Assembly (NCBI GenBank): GCA_964572865.1
Contig: CAZNGN010000001.1
Coordinates: forward strand, 99,662-163,661
Length of the DNA: 64,000 nucleotides
Reading direction: 5' to 3'
Source of the DNA: an uncultured Bacteriovoracaceae bacterium
GTDB taxonomy: Bacteria; Bdellovibrionota; UBA1018; UBA923
How positions within the stretch are numbered: the stretch's first letter is position 1; each line of letters begins with the position of its first letter. A program made the position numbers and the translations under genes. Positions 1-8,619 of the stretch are shown one piece after another. The notes under the pieces are model-generated. The model searched no databases. It saw only the letters and a program-made list of their open reading frames with translations, and was not told where the DNA came from.

Positions 1-806
1 ATGTTCAATCTTTATCAGCGCAACGTTCGTTGGGCATTCAACGTGATATGCAAAATCACACCTTGGATAAACTATCGAGCGGTGAGCGAATTGTAAAAGC
101 TGCAGACGATGCTGCAGGTTTAGCAATCAGTGAGAAATTCAAATCTGAAATCAGATCTACCAGACAAGCGCACAGAAACGCACAAGATGCTGTTTCATTG
201 GTGCAAGTTGCAGAAGGTGGATTAAACGAAGTAGGCAATATGCTCATTCGTATGAGAGAACTTTCGATTCAAGGAGCTTCAGACACTATTGGTGATCGTG
301 AACGTTCTTTCACAGATTTAGAAGTTCAATCATTAAAAGAAGAAATCGATCGAATTTCTAAAACAACTAAATACAACGGAGTTGAGTTATTGTCTGGTGA
401 AGGCAAAAAACTTGATTTCCAAGTAGGTATCGGTAGCTCAGACAATGACCAAGTTCACTTTGACGTTGCAAAATTCAACGTTACAGCTGAAACATTGGGA
501 ATTGCTGATGTTGCAACAAAATCAAAAGAGAACTCTGCCGAAAACTTGTCTAAATTAGATGAAGCTATTAGCCGAGTAAGCGGACACAGAGCTATCTTCG
601 GTGCAATGCAAAACCGCTTGCAATCAACAATGAACAACTTGATGATCACTGATGAAAACATCAGTGCTGCAAATTCACGTATTCGTGATGCAGACATGGC
701 TGCAGAAACTGCTGAGTTAACAAAACGTAACGTTTTAACTCAAGCTGGTACTGCAACTTTGGCGCAAGCAAATCAGAACAGCAACTTAGCACTTAGACTG
801 CTTTAA
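1..806 (+). CDS. fliC: Flagellin, 5'-partial (N-terminus lies upstream of the window)
   Basis: Frame 3 is open from nt 3 to the stop at 804-806. Translation ...QSLSAQRSLGIQRDMQNHTLDKLSSGERIVKAADDAAGLAISEKF... carries the conserved flagellin N-terminal helix, and the C-terminal ...RNVLTQAGTATLAQANQNSNLALRLL matches the flagellin C-terminal helix. Paralogous to the complete 277-aa flagellin at 28508..29341. Confidence 0.9.
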   Translation, partial: VQSLSAQRSLGIQRDMQNHTLDKLSSGERIVKAADDAAGLAISEKFKSEIRSTRQAHRNAQDAVSLVQVAEGGLNEVGNMLIRMRELSIQGASDTIGDRERSFTDLEVQSLKEEIDRISKTTKYNGVELLSGEGKKLDFQVGIGSSDNDQVHFDVAKFNVTAETLGIADVATKSKENSAENLSKLDEAISRVSGHRAIFGAMQNRLQSTMNNLMITDENISAANSRIRDADMAAETAELTKRNVLTQAGTATLAQANQNSNLALRLL

Positions 807-1036
807 TTAGCAGCTCGCATGGCCAAATTCATGTGAGCAGTTCCAGTTCAAGCAGCATGTAGAGCAGAGTTGATACAAGTAGAGCTGAGCGAAACGTTAA
901 TGTAGAAGCGACATGTGATTGCGAACGCGAATTAAAGTTAGGTCGCCATGCTATCGATCAATCAAATCGAAAAGCATGGTTGCTGGAATTGATTGATTGA
1001 ACAACAAGATATTTGCACCAGACAAAGGCTTGAAAA

Positions 1037-1066
1037 GCCCGCAGCGTAAAAACTGCGGGCTTTTTA
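1037..1066. terminator. Rho-independent terminator, probably bidirectional, between the convergent flagellin and ParB-like genes
   Basis: GCCCGCAG-cgtaaaaa-CTGCGGGC perfect 8-bp GC-rich stem followed by TTTTT; an A-tract (tgaaaag) precedes it, so it reads as stem plus U-run on both strands. Confidence 0.7.
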
Positions 1067-1075
1067 CTTTTGGAA

Positions 1076-1816
1076 TTAAAATTTAAGAAAATGAAAACAA
1101 GATTTTTTATAACCAGGTAAATATTTTGCGCTTTGATCACATGAGAGTTTCATTGCATCGGCAATTGCTTTTTTAAATCCAATTTCACCTTCATCTATTT
1201 TAATTTTATCTCTAAAAAACTGTGCCCAAATGAATTCTTGAAACGGCACTGGGCGTTTTTCAAATCCACCTTTTTCTTGAACGGCATCTGCTAAACTTCG
1301 GTAAGGATCATTTTTCATTTGTCTGATCTCTTGGGGTAAGTCATTCGGTGAATGCGGACCATTTCCTTTTTCATCAAAAAGCCAAACTAGCTTTAGCTTT
1401 ATCATTTCTGCCCAAAAGGAGTTCATATCTGGTAATTTTGATAAATCTTGAAACAATTGAACATAATGATTTTCTCTAGAAACCTTAAATGCAGCAATTG
1501 TTTGGTGATGTCGGTCGATCATGAAGTATGATCCATTGGGAGCGCGAACAACCGGTACTTTGTTTTTAATTAAATATTGCTTTAATTCTTCTTTTGAAAG
1601 ATTTTGAAATTTTCGAATTTTATCTTCTACTACTTTTTTGCCAAAAGCCATTTGTGTTGGATGCGTATTTAAAATTGAAAACTTGCACCAATCGCCAACC
1701 GACATTTTAGAAGGATCATTAACTTCACCAGCTAGAATAGTGGTTGTGAAAAGCAAAATGCAAATGAATTGGCTAATGAAAAATTTCATTCTTATATTAT
1801 CTAAATTATTTTTCAT
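1076..1816 (-). CDS. Secreted ParB-like nuclease domain protein (ParBc_2-like), hypothetical
   Basis: 246-aa ORF with N-terminal hydrophobic signal-like segment (FFISQFICILLFTTTILAG). The region VVRAPNGSYFMIDRHHQTIAAF resembles the ParB-like nuclease core. Start overlaps the hemW stop (ATGA), suggesting co-transcription. Confidence 0.4.
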   Translation of the reverse strand: MKNNLDNIRMKFFISQFICILLFTTTILAGEVNDPSKMSVGDWCKFSILNTHPTQMAFGKKVVEDKIRKFQNLSKEELKQYLIKNKVPVVRAPNGSYFMIDRHHQTIAAFKVSRENHYVQLFQDLSKLPDMNSFWAEMIKLKLVWLFDEKGNGPHSPNDLPQEIRQMKNDPYRSLADAVQEKGGFEKRPVPFQEFIWAQFFRDKIKIDEGEIGFKKAIADAMKLSCDQSAKYLPGYKKSCFHFLKF

Positions 1817-2976
1817 GAGATCAACTTCTGAATGATGGGGTCTGAGATGAAAAATCCATCTTTTGACAGTTTTAAATGAGTTGAGTCGATTTCGATTAGT
1901 TTTTGCCTAGCGAGTTGTTCAATTAATGAAGTTTTCTCATCTAATATCGATTTTCCAAAACGAGATTGATAGTCGTTGAGTAATACGCCCTCTTTTCTGC
2001 GTAATCGTAACATTAAATATTCAATGAGTTCTTGATCAGGAGTTAACGTTTCTTTCCACTCAATTGGCAATTGATTTTTGGCAATCTCTTCAATGTACAG
2101 AGATAGTGAAGCTACGTTTTTAAATCGCAGTTTAGAATCTAAATGAAAAGAATGGGCAGAGGGTCCAACGCCTAAATAAGATCCACCCAACCAATAATTT
2201 TCATTATGAAGAGCTTGCTTGTTTGGTTTTGCAAAGTTTGAAATTTCATATTGTTCAAAGCCAAACTCTGCAAGAGTATCTCGTACCGTTCTTAAATGAT
2301 CGAGTTGCGTCTCTTCATCTAATAATTCTTTATATTTAGGATTACTACTTTTTAAAGTAAGCAAGTAGGCTGAGGTGTGATTTAAATTTGAAAAATTCTG
2401 ATAAAGTTCTGCTAATTCATTTTGGATGAGCTCGATAGTTTGTCCCGGAACTCCTACGATATAATCAGTGCTGACATTTTCAAAACCTGATTCAAATAAA
2501 ACCGTGAGTGCCTCAAAAATTTCTTTTTTATCATGCACTCGACCGAGCCAAAGTAGACGATCATTGTTGAGAGCTTGAACTCCTAAACTAATTCGATTGA
2601 TACCTAGAGCTTTCCAAAACTTTGCTTTTTCTTTTGTCACGCTTGAAGGATTTGCTTCCATCGTAATTTCTGCGTTTTGATTTGGTTGAATGATTTGAAA
2701 AACTTCTTCCATTACCGATAGGGGGGCAAGAGAGGGTGTGCCGCCTCCCATAAAAAGAGTATCTAATTTTCCGATCGAATTTGCTGCGTCATATGTTTTC
2801 AGTTCTTCGATGAGTGCCGAATACGCATTCTTTCGCACATCACTTGAGTGTTTTGATTCGGGTAAAGAGAAAAAATCACAGTAGTGACACTTAGCCTCAC
2901 AATACGGAAAATGCATATATAAATTCGCAAACTTTGTTTGTGAAAATTGTGGGTTATGATTGCTAAGATTTTTCAT
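1813..2976 (-). CDS. hemW: Radical SAM family heme chaperone HemW / coproporphyrinogen III oxidase-like protein
   Basis: N-terminal LYMHFPYCEAKCHYCDF (CxxxCxxC radical SAM cluster motif in the HemN/HemW context); length 387 aa is typical of HemW. Confidence 0.8.
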   Translation of the reverse strand: MKNLSNHNPQFSQTKFANLYMHFPYCEAKCHYCDFFSLPESKHSSDVRKNAYSALIEELKTYDAANSIGKLDTLFMGGGTPSLAPLSVMEEVFQIIQPNQNAEITMEANPSSVTKEKAKFWKALGINRISLGVQALNNDRLLWLGRVHDKKEIFEALTVLFESGFENVSTDYIVGVPGQTIELIQNELAELYQNFSNLNHTSAYLLTLKSSNPKYKELLDEETQLDHLRTVRDTLAEFGFEQYEISNFAKPNKQALHNENYWLGGSYLGVGPSAHSFHLDSKLRFKNVASLSLYIEEIAKNQLPIEWKETLTPDQELIEYLMLRLRRKEGVLLNDYQSRFGKSILDEKTSLIEQLARQKLIEIDSTHLKLSKDGFFISDPIIQKLIS

Positions 2977-2996
2977 TGCGATATCCTTATCATACT

Positions 2997-5528
2997 ATGA
3001 TCACAGAAAAAACCCTTCCGAATGGCATTGAATTAATCGTAAAAACCACGAATGTTCCAGTAGTTGCAGTACAAGTCTGGGTAGATGTTGGTAGCATTGA
3101 CGAAAAACCTGCTGAAGCAGGCTTTTGTCACTTTTTAGAACACATGCTTTTTAAGGGCACTCAAAAACGTTCTACTGCTCAAATTGCTGGTACCGTCGAG
3201 GGTTCAGGTGGAGATATGAATGCGTTTACATCATATGAACACACTGTTTACCATATCACTGCTTCAAATAAACAATGGAAGATGGCCAACTCAATATTAG
3301 AAGACATGGTCATGCATTCTGTGTTTAAACCTTCAGAGTTTAATCCAGAAAAAGAAGTGATCTTAGAAGAAATTCGTCGAGGATACGATTCTCCCGATCG
3401 AGCGTTATATGAAAACTTAATGACGAAAATGTATGGCAATGCTGGATACGGCAGAACGGTGATAGGTTTTCCAAAAACTGTAAAAGCATGTACCGCTGCT
3501 GGATTAAAAAAATTCTGGCAAAAATGGTACACACCATCGTTGATGACAGTTATCGTTGTGGGCGACATTGATTATGATGAAGTTGAAAAAGAAATTTTAA
3601 AAACGTGGGGAAAAAACAAAAACCGATTTGTTCGTGCTCGCAGAAGAGAATCAGGTTACGCAAATAAGTTAATGACACCTTCGAATCGTCGTGTGGAGGA
3701 AGGTTTTGATTTACACTCGATTAAATATTCAGCAGCAATGCACGGATATGGAATGAGAGATCCAAAATTACCCGCACTCGATGTTGCTGCAATGATTTTA
3801 GGAAGTGGCGAATCTTCTCGTTTGTATCAACGATTGTTTCAACAAGATCAATTGGTCACGGCAGTGAGCGCTTCCATGTGGGCACCAATTGGTTCTGGAA
3901 TTTTTGCATTTGATGTCGAGTCGACGTTAGAAAATTCAGGAAAATTTCGATCCGTTTTAACAGAAGAAATTGAACGCTTTATTAAAGATGGTCCGACAGC
4001 TGCTGAGTTAGAACGTACCAAAGTTCAGATTGAATCTGACCGAATTTACAGCTCTCAATCTATGGATGACATTGCAAGCAGACTTGGGCATTTAAAACTT
4101 GCCGTAGGAAATACTGCCTTTGATTTAGAATACATGACACAAGTAAAAGAGCTCACACAAGATGATGTGAAAAAAGCTTTTACCGAACTTTATTTAACAA
4201 GACCTATGTTTGAAAGTTTGCTGACTCCAAAAGATTATAATGCAAATCAATTTTGGCAAAAAATTGAAGTGGGTAGTGCAGCTAAATTAGTTCAAATTAA
4301 AAATTCTAAAGAAACAATTCAAGGGGAACATCATAAACTTTCAAATGGAATAGAGCTTTGTTTGTTTCCGCGCACTGATTTGCCAGTTGTTTCATTTCAG
4401 TCATGTGTGATGGGGGGCTTGCGTTCTGAAACAAAACAAAACGCAGGTATCGGCAATGTTCTTTCTGAAATTTGGGAAAAAGGTCCGCAAGGTTGGACGT
4501 CTACAAAATTTGCTGAATTTTTAGAATCGCGTGCTTCTAAAATTGATACATTTTCAGGTCGTAATTCATTAGGAGTAACGGCAACCACTCTTACAAAATA
4601 TTTTGAGGATATTTTACCGCTTTATATAGAAACTATGTTTAATCCAACCCTATCGGAAGAAGAGTTTGATCACGCCAAAGATCTTGTTTTAGAAGACATT
4701 AAAACATTAGAAGACAATCCTGGCAGACTTGTTGGAAAACTTTTTATCGAGTCATTGTTTGAAGGTCATCCGTATGGAATTCCCATGACAGGATATGAAA
4801 GTTCGGTGAATTCACTCGATATCAATGCCGTTCGATCGCATTTTAAAAAGCAAATGAGTGCTGAAAAAATTGTTGTTTCAGTTTGCGGAAAATTTCATCG
4901 AGATCAAGTGATCGAAGCATTTTCAAAAATTAGTCGCACGCAAGCTCACAGCAATATCAAAGAACTTGAAATGTTTAAGCCAAAAGCAGACCGCATTTCT
5001 GAAGTTGTAAAAAAACGTGAACAAAGCCACATTGTTTATGGATTTGTTGGTACACGTGCGCTTGACGAAAGACGATATGCTTTGAAAATGCTTCTTACCA
5101 TTATGGGAGGACAATCAGGAAGATTGTTTAGAGAAATTCGTGACAAACAAGGTTTGTGTTACACAGTTTCACCGATGTGTATGGAAGGTGTTGAGCCCGG
5201 ATACTTTGGAATTTACATTGGCTGTGACCCAAGCAAGCGTGAGCAAGCTCTTAAATCTATTCGAGTTGAATTAGATAAGCTAAGTCAAAAACCAGTGCCA
5301 CCAGCAGAATTTAAGCGTGCACAAGAATATATTTTAGGTCGTCATCACATGGACAATCAAATGACTTCTTCGATTGCTGCTGTTACTGCGTTTAATACAT
5401 TGTATGGACTGCCTTACAATGAGCATGAAACTTTCGAAAATAATATTCGCAAAGTGAAAGCCAAAGACGTGCAAGCAATAGCTAAAGATTTATTTTCGCA
5501 AAGTTCAGTGACGGCAGTTGTAGTTTAG
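2997..5528 (+). CDS. Tandem two-domain M16 (pitrilysin/insulinase) family zinc peptidase
   Basis: Inverted zinc motif HFLEHMLFKGT (HxxEH) near the N-terminus. The ~850-aa length fits fused M16 active plus inactive halves. The ORF-track start at 2976 is a TTG that would overlap the hemW start codon head-to-head, so the in-frame ATG at 2997 (MITEKTLPNGIEL) is preferred. Confidence 0.8.
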   Translation: MITEKTLPNGIELIVKTTNVPVVAVQVWVDVGSIDEKPAEAGFCHFLEHMLFKGTQKRSTAQIAGTVEGSGGDMNAFTSYEHTVYHITASNKQWKMANSILEDMVMHSVFKPSEFNPEKEVILEEIRRGYDSPDRALYENLMTKMYGNAGYGRTVIGFPKTVKACTAAGLKKFWQKWYTPSLMTVIVVGDIDYDEVEKEILKTWGKNKNRFVRARRRESGYANKLMTPSNRRVEEGFDLHSIKYSAAMHGYGMRDPKLPALDVAAMILGSGESSRLYQRLFQQDQLVTAVSASMWAPIGSGIFAFDVESTLENSGKFRSVLTEEIERFIKDGPTAAELERTKVQIESDRIYSSQSMDDIASRLGHLKLAVGNTAFDLEYMTQVKELTQDDVKKAFTELYLTRPMFESLLTPKDYNANQFWQKIEVGSAAKLVQIKNSKETIQGEHHKLSNGIELCLFPRTDLPVVSFQSCVMGGLRSETKQNAGIGNVLSEIWEKGPQGWTSTKFAEFLESRASKIDTFSGRNSLGVTATTLTKYFEDILPLYIETMFNPTLSEEEFDHAKDLVLEDIKTLEDNPGRLVGKLFIESLFEGHPYGIPMTGYESSVNSLDINAVRSHFKKQMSAEKIVVSVCGKFHRDQVIEAFSKISRTQAHSNIKELEMFKPKADRISEVVKKREQSHIVYGFVGTRALDERRYALKMLLTIMGGQSGRLFREIRDKQGLCYTVSPMCMEGVEPGYFGIYIGCDPSKREQALKSIRVELDKLSQKPVPPAEFKRAQEYILGRHHMDNQMTSSIAAVTAFNTLYGLPYNEHETFENNIRKVKAKDVQAIAKDLFSQSSVTAVVV

Positions 5529-5530
5529 TA

Positions 5531-6187
5531 TTATTGTGATTTTAATTCTTTTTTAAAATCAGGCTGAGACATTAAGTAATCACAAATTTGTTTTCCTAAA
5601 ATCCATCCCGCCTTTACATCTGAAGGATGATGAACGCCCACTTTGGCACGAAGTTCTCCGATGAAAATTCCATATTGTTCAATATTCTTTTTTCGTTCCG
5701 GATAAATTTTTGACAAAACACAAGCTCCCACAAAACCGGCAGCTGTATGAGCACTCGGATACGCTTTTGCACCACCCGGTTTTTTTGCACAAGGCTCAAG
5801 GGTAGGGTCTGTTACAAAAGGTCGTGGTCTTTTGTATTTAACTTTAAACGCTTCACTGATTCGTTCTGTTAACTGAAAAACATTTTTCATGAAAGGAGTT
5901 AATGCCTCCGCTTCTTCTTTGCTTAATAAGTCACGATTGCGTCCATACAATACTTCAAATGACGGAATCGATTGCGAGTCACCCAATTTACATTCCGCTT
6001 GAGTTCTAGTTTGTTCATACTTATGAAGTTGTTGAAAATCTTTTTCATAAGCTGCAGAACCTTCGGCTGGAGGAGGTGGAAGTTGAAATTCTTTTGGACT
6101 TACAGCGGACCATTGTGCCCAACTTAGTTGTGAAGCTAAGATGAACGAAATGTATAAAAGTGAAGTGAAAAGATGTTTTGATTTCAT
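5531..6187 (-). CDS. PAP2 superfamily phosphatase (acid phosphatase / lipid phosphatase family), secreted
   Basis: Three PAP2 signature motifs: KYKRPRP (KxxxxxxRP), YPSAHT (PSGH-like) and RAKVGVHHPSD (SRxxxxxHxxxD). Start set to the internal ATG (MKSKHLFTSLLYISFILASQLSWA signal peptide), which is preceded by GAGGAAA on the minus strand. Confidence 0.7.
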   Translation of the reverse strand: MKSKHLFTSLLYISFILASQLSWAQWSAVSPKEFQLPPPPAEGSAAYEKDFQQLHKYEQTRTQAECKLGDSQSIPSFEVLYGRNRDLLSKEEAEALTPFMKNVFQLTERISEAFKVKYKRPRPFVTDPTLEPCAKKPGGAKAYPSAHTAAGFVGACVLSKIYPERKKNIEQYGIFIGELRAKVGVHHPSDVKAGWILGKQICDYLMSQPDFKKELKSQ

Positions 6188-6365
6188 TGGTTTCCTCGAT
6201 TTTGAAAAGGGTATTATCAAAGCTAGCAATATGCGTCAATTATTTATAATTCTGTACTGAACAGGTAAAAAATTCCTATAGATATCAGCAATTTGGATGC
6301 TCATACACTATTTAAAAATTTTCAGGTAAAATAGAGGGTGGGGACAGGGAAGGAATGCTGAATAC

Positions 6366-7022
6366 ATGAAAGCGTCAGCTAAAAAGCATACAAAATCTGT
6401 GGAAGCCGAATCTTCATCTGAAGAAAGCTTGAAACTTGTAACAGAACCAACCGCATTTTTTAAAGAAGAAATTGCGAAAGCATTTGAAAAACAAAAATTA
6501 AAAATCAATCAAGACATCGAGTTTTATTTAGTCGATCTTTTATCTCGCTTTATGTTTACCGATAATTTTTTCAAAACAACTGAATCGGGTGAAAAGAGAA
6601 GCGAAACATTAGCGCTTTTATATCACGATGCTTTGATGTCGCCTGATTTCGGAAAACGACGCGAAGATCTTCGCAGACTGGGAGATGTTTCATTATATAC
6701 TGCTGGATTTTTTTCAGAAAGTTTAATGAGAAAAACAGTGGATGTAGATTACTACATCAGCATGGGATCTGCTGCTTACGCCAACCTTTCTCAAATTGTG
6801 ATCGATAATTATTTTAGAAAAGTGTACACAGAACTTTCAGATCGATTCGTGAAATTTGTCGATGTACTTTGTGAAGTTGCAACCACTGCACATCTTCAAG
6901 ATCCAAAAAACATTCTTCGCCAATACGACCTTTGGCTCAAAACTGGCTCTGAGTCTGCAGAAAACAAGCTCAAAGAAGCCGGCATTATTCCAAATGATAA
7001 AATAAAAACAAATGTGCAGTAA
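6366..7022 (+). CDS. Hypothetical protein (218 aa), no recognisable domain
   Basis: Long ORF with coding-like composition, preceded by a purine-rich stretch (agggtggggacagggaagg). No motif recognised by eye. Confidence 0.5.
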   Translation: MKASAKKHTKSVEAESSSEESLKLVTEPTAFFKEEIAKAFEKQKLKINQDIEFYLVDLLSRFMFTDNFFKTTESGEKRSETLALLYHDALMSPDFGKRREDLRRLGDVSLYTAGFFSESLMRKTVDVDYYISMGSAAYANLSQIVIDNYFRKVYTELSDRFVKFVDVLCEVATTAHLQDPKNILRQYDLWLKTGSESAENKLKEAGIIPNDKIKTNVQ

Positions 7023-7025
7023 TAT

Positions 7026-7298
7026 TTAATGAATTAGTTTTTGAATAGCGGTGAGAATAGCAATCGCTGCACCAAACATTGCACCCATTCGAATAGTAAG
7101 TTCAGACTTTGCTTGAGAGATATTACTTTCAAGCTTTTTATCTAAATCTTGAATGTCTCGTTTGATTTCATGGACATCTTGTTTGGTTGCCAGTTTGTCT
7201 TCCATCACTTCATCCAATATTTTAATGGTTGTTTCAGCTTCTTCTCTAGAAAAACCTACTTCTTCTAACATTCTAGCATATTTCAATGTGTTAAACAT
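7026..7298 (-). CDS. Small coiled-coil protein with C-terminal hydrophobic helix, DUF1640-like
   Basis: 90 aa. N-terminus MFNTLKYARMLEEVGFSREEAETTIKIL matches the F-DT-K-LeeaGF-QAEA pattern of bacterial DUF1640 proteins; C-terminal MGAMFGAAIAILTAI is a probable membrane anchor. Confidence 0.45.
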   Translation of the reverse strand: MFNTLKYARMLEEVGFSREEAETTIKILDEVMEDKLATKQDVHEIKRDIQDLDKKLESNISQAKSELTIRMGAMFGAAIAILTAIQKLIH

Positions 7299-7483
7299 TA
7301 TTTACCTCCAATATATCTAAAAGCGATATAAGCAAGGATAAAGCCAAACTTATAAGAAATTTAATAAATGTAGTGATTAGAAATGCTTGATTTTTATTCC
7401 AAAGTTTTTAATCCAAATCCTGCAATATAAAATTTGGCTTTAATGAACAAATGCCCCTAATTAAAAAGCTGTATAAATTACGT

Positions 7484-7512
7484 TTGACATATTGCGCACC
7501 ATTCTTTATACG
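7484..7512 (+). promoter_or_regulatory. Putative sigma70-type promoter for the 7546 gene
   Basis: TTGACA (7484-7489), 17-nt spacer, TATACG (7507-7512), about 30 nt upstream of the RBS GGGGGG and the ATG at 7546. Confidence 0.3.
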
Positions 7513-7545
7513 TTGCGTAAATTTATTATTATCTTGGGGGGTAAA

Positions 7546-7956
7546 ATGAAAAAAGCCATTCTTTTAGCAGCAGTTTTCACATTAACTAGCGCAAGCGCAT
7601 TTGCAGGAAGTTATCTTTGCAGAGGTAATGATTTGTCTTCAAGAAATAAAGACAGATTCGAAACGACACTAAAAGTGAACTCAGGCAGAGTTATGTTTCA
7701 AGATATGGATGGCGATGACATGACTTTATCTCGCGATGGACGCAGCCGTGGCACAAAATACGCAGTTTATGCTGATTACGGATATGACGGTTATGGTGGC
7801 TACATTCGTTTCGCACTTCCTTTACAAGTTGCAAACTCTAGGTCAACGCTTCAGCAAAAGTTTGTTGCTTATTATGACCAAGATGTTTACTCAGAAGCTG
7901 GCAAAGTAGGCGAAGTGAGAGTGAAGATGGTTTGTGTTCCAAACTCTCGTTTATAG
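7546..7956 (+). CDS. Secreted hypothetical protein (signal peptide)
   Basis: ATG at 7546 preceded by GGGGGGTAAA. MKKAILLAAVFTLTSASAFAG is a classical Sec signal peptide with an AXA cleavage site. The 7492 start in the ORF track lacks an RBS. Confidence 0.55.
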   Translation: MKKAILLAAVFTLTSASAFAGSYLCRGNDLSSRNKDRFETTLKVNSGRVMFQDMDGDDMTLSRDGRSRGTKYAVYADYGYDGYGGYIRFALPLQVANSRSTLQQKFVAYYDQDVYSEAGKVGEVRVKMVCVPNSRL

Positions 7957-8004
7957 GCCTTAAGCAGCTGATATTATTAAGCTAAAAATAATACATAACC
8001 ACTT

Positions 8005-8033
8005 TTGACAAGTGATCATTCAACACCATATTA
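8005..8033 (+). promoter_or_regulatory. Putative heat-shock (sigma32-like) promoter upstream of grpE-dnaK-dnaJ
   Basis: cTTTTGACA (-35-like, TTGACA at 8005-8010), 15-nt spacer, then CCATATTA (8026-8033) resembling the sigma32 -10 CCCCATnT. No CIRCE inverted repeat (TTAGCACTC-N9-GAGTGCTAA) is present. Confidence 0.35.
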
Positions 8034-8040
8034 AAAGACG

Positions 8041-8598
8041 ATGGAAACAAATCAAAACGGACAGACCAATACTGAAGCAAACAGCGCAAGCAATGAAAAC
8101 GAAGCTTCAGCCAATACTGAACAAGCTGCAGCAAACGGTTCTACAGAACCAACAGTTGAGAGCTTGATGGCTGAATTAGAGGACTCAAAAAACAAGTACC
8201 TCTATTTATATGCGGAGTTCGACACCTTTAAAAAGCGTGCGATTAAAGAGCGCTCTGATTTGGTTAAATTCGGTAATGAGAACATTGTTCGTGAGATGCT
8301 TTCTGTTTTAGATAACTTAGAGCGTGCTTTAGAGCATGCGCAAAATCCAAGTGCGATGGTCGACGGAATCAAAATGGTAGCCCAACAATTTAAAGATATT
8401 TTGGGACGCTTTGGTGTAAAAACCGTAGATTCTGTTGGAAAAAAATTCGACCCTGAAATGCACGAGGCGATTGCGCAAGAAGAAAGCAAAGACGTTCCGT
8501 CAGGACATGTTTTAAAAGTTCATCAACACGGCTACACGATTAACGGAAGGCTTTTAAGACCAGCCAAAGTTGTAGTGGCTACAGACTTAAAAAATTAA
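8041..8598 (+). CDS. grpE: Nucleotide exchange factor GrpE
   Basis: 185 aa immediately upstream of dnaK. The C-terminal half (KMVAQQFKDILGRFGVKTVDSVGKKFDPEMHEAIAQEE...GYTINGRLLRPAKVVV) matches the GrpE dimerisation/beta-sheet domain. Confidence 0.9.
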   Translation: METNQNGQTNTEANSASNENEASANTEQAAANGSTEPTVESLMAELEDSKNKYLYLYAEFDTFKKRAIKERSDLVKFGNENIVREMLSVLDNLERALEHAQNPSAMVDGIKMVAQQFKDILGRFGVKTVDSVGKKFDPEMHEAIAQEESKDVPSGHVLKVHQHGYTINGRLLRPAKVVVATDLKN

Positions 8599-8619
8599 TC
8601 AACCTATTTGGAGGAATAT

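Noticed and set aside
6339-6357. G-rich tract agggtggggacagggaagg (possible G-quadruplex) before the 6366 ORF
   Set aside because: Only three G-runs of at least 3 plus a GG; more simply explained as a purine-rich ribosome-binding region.
7957-8003. CIRCE/HrcA operator upstream of grpE
   Set aside because: The TTAAGC...TTAAGC elements are direct, not inverted, and do not match TTAGCACTC-N9-GAGTGCTAA.
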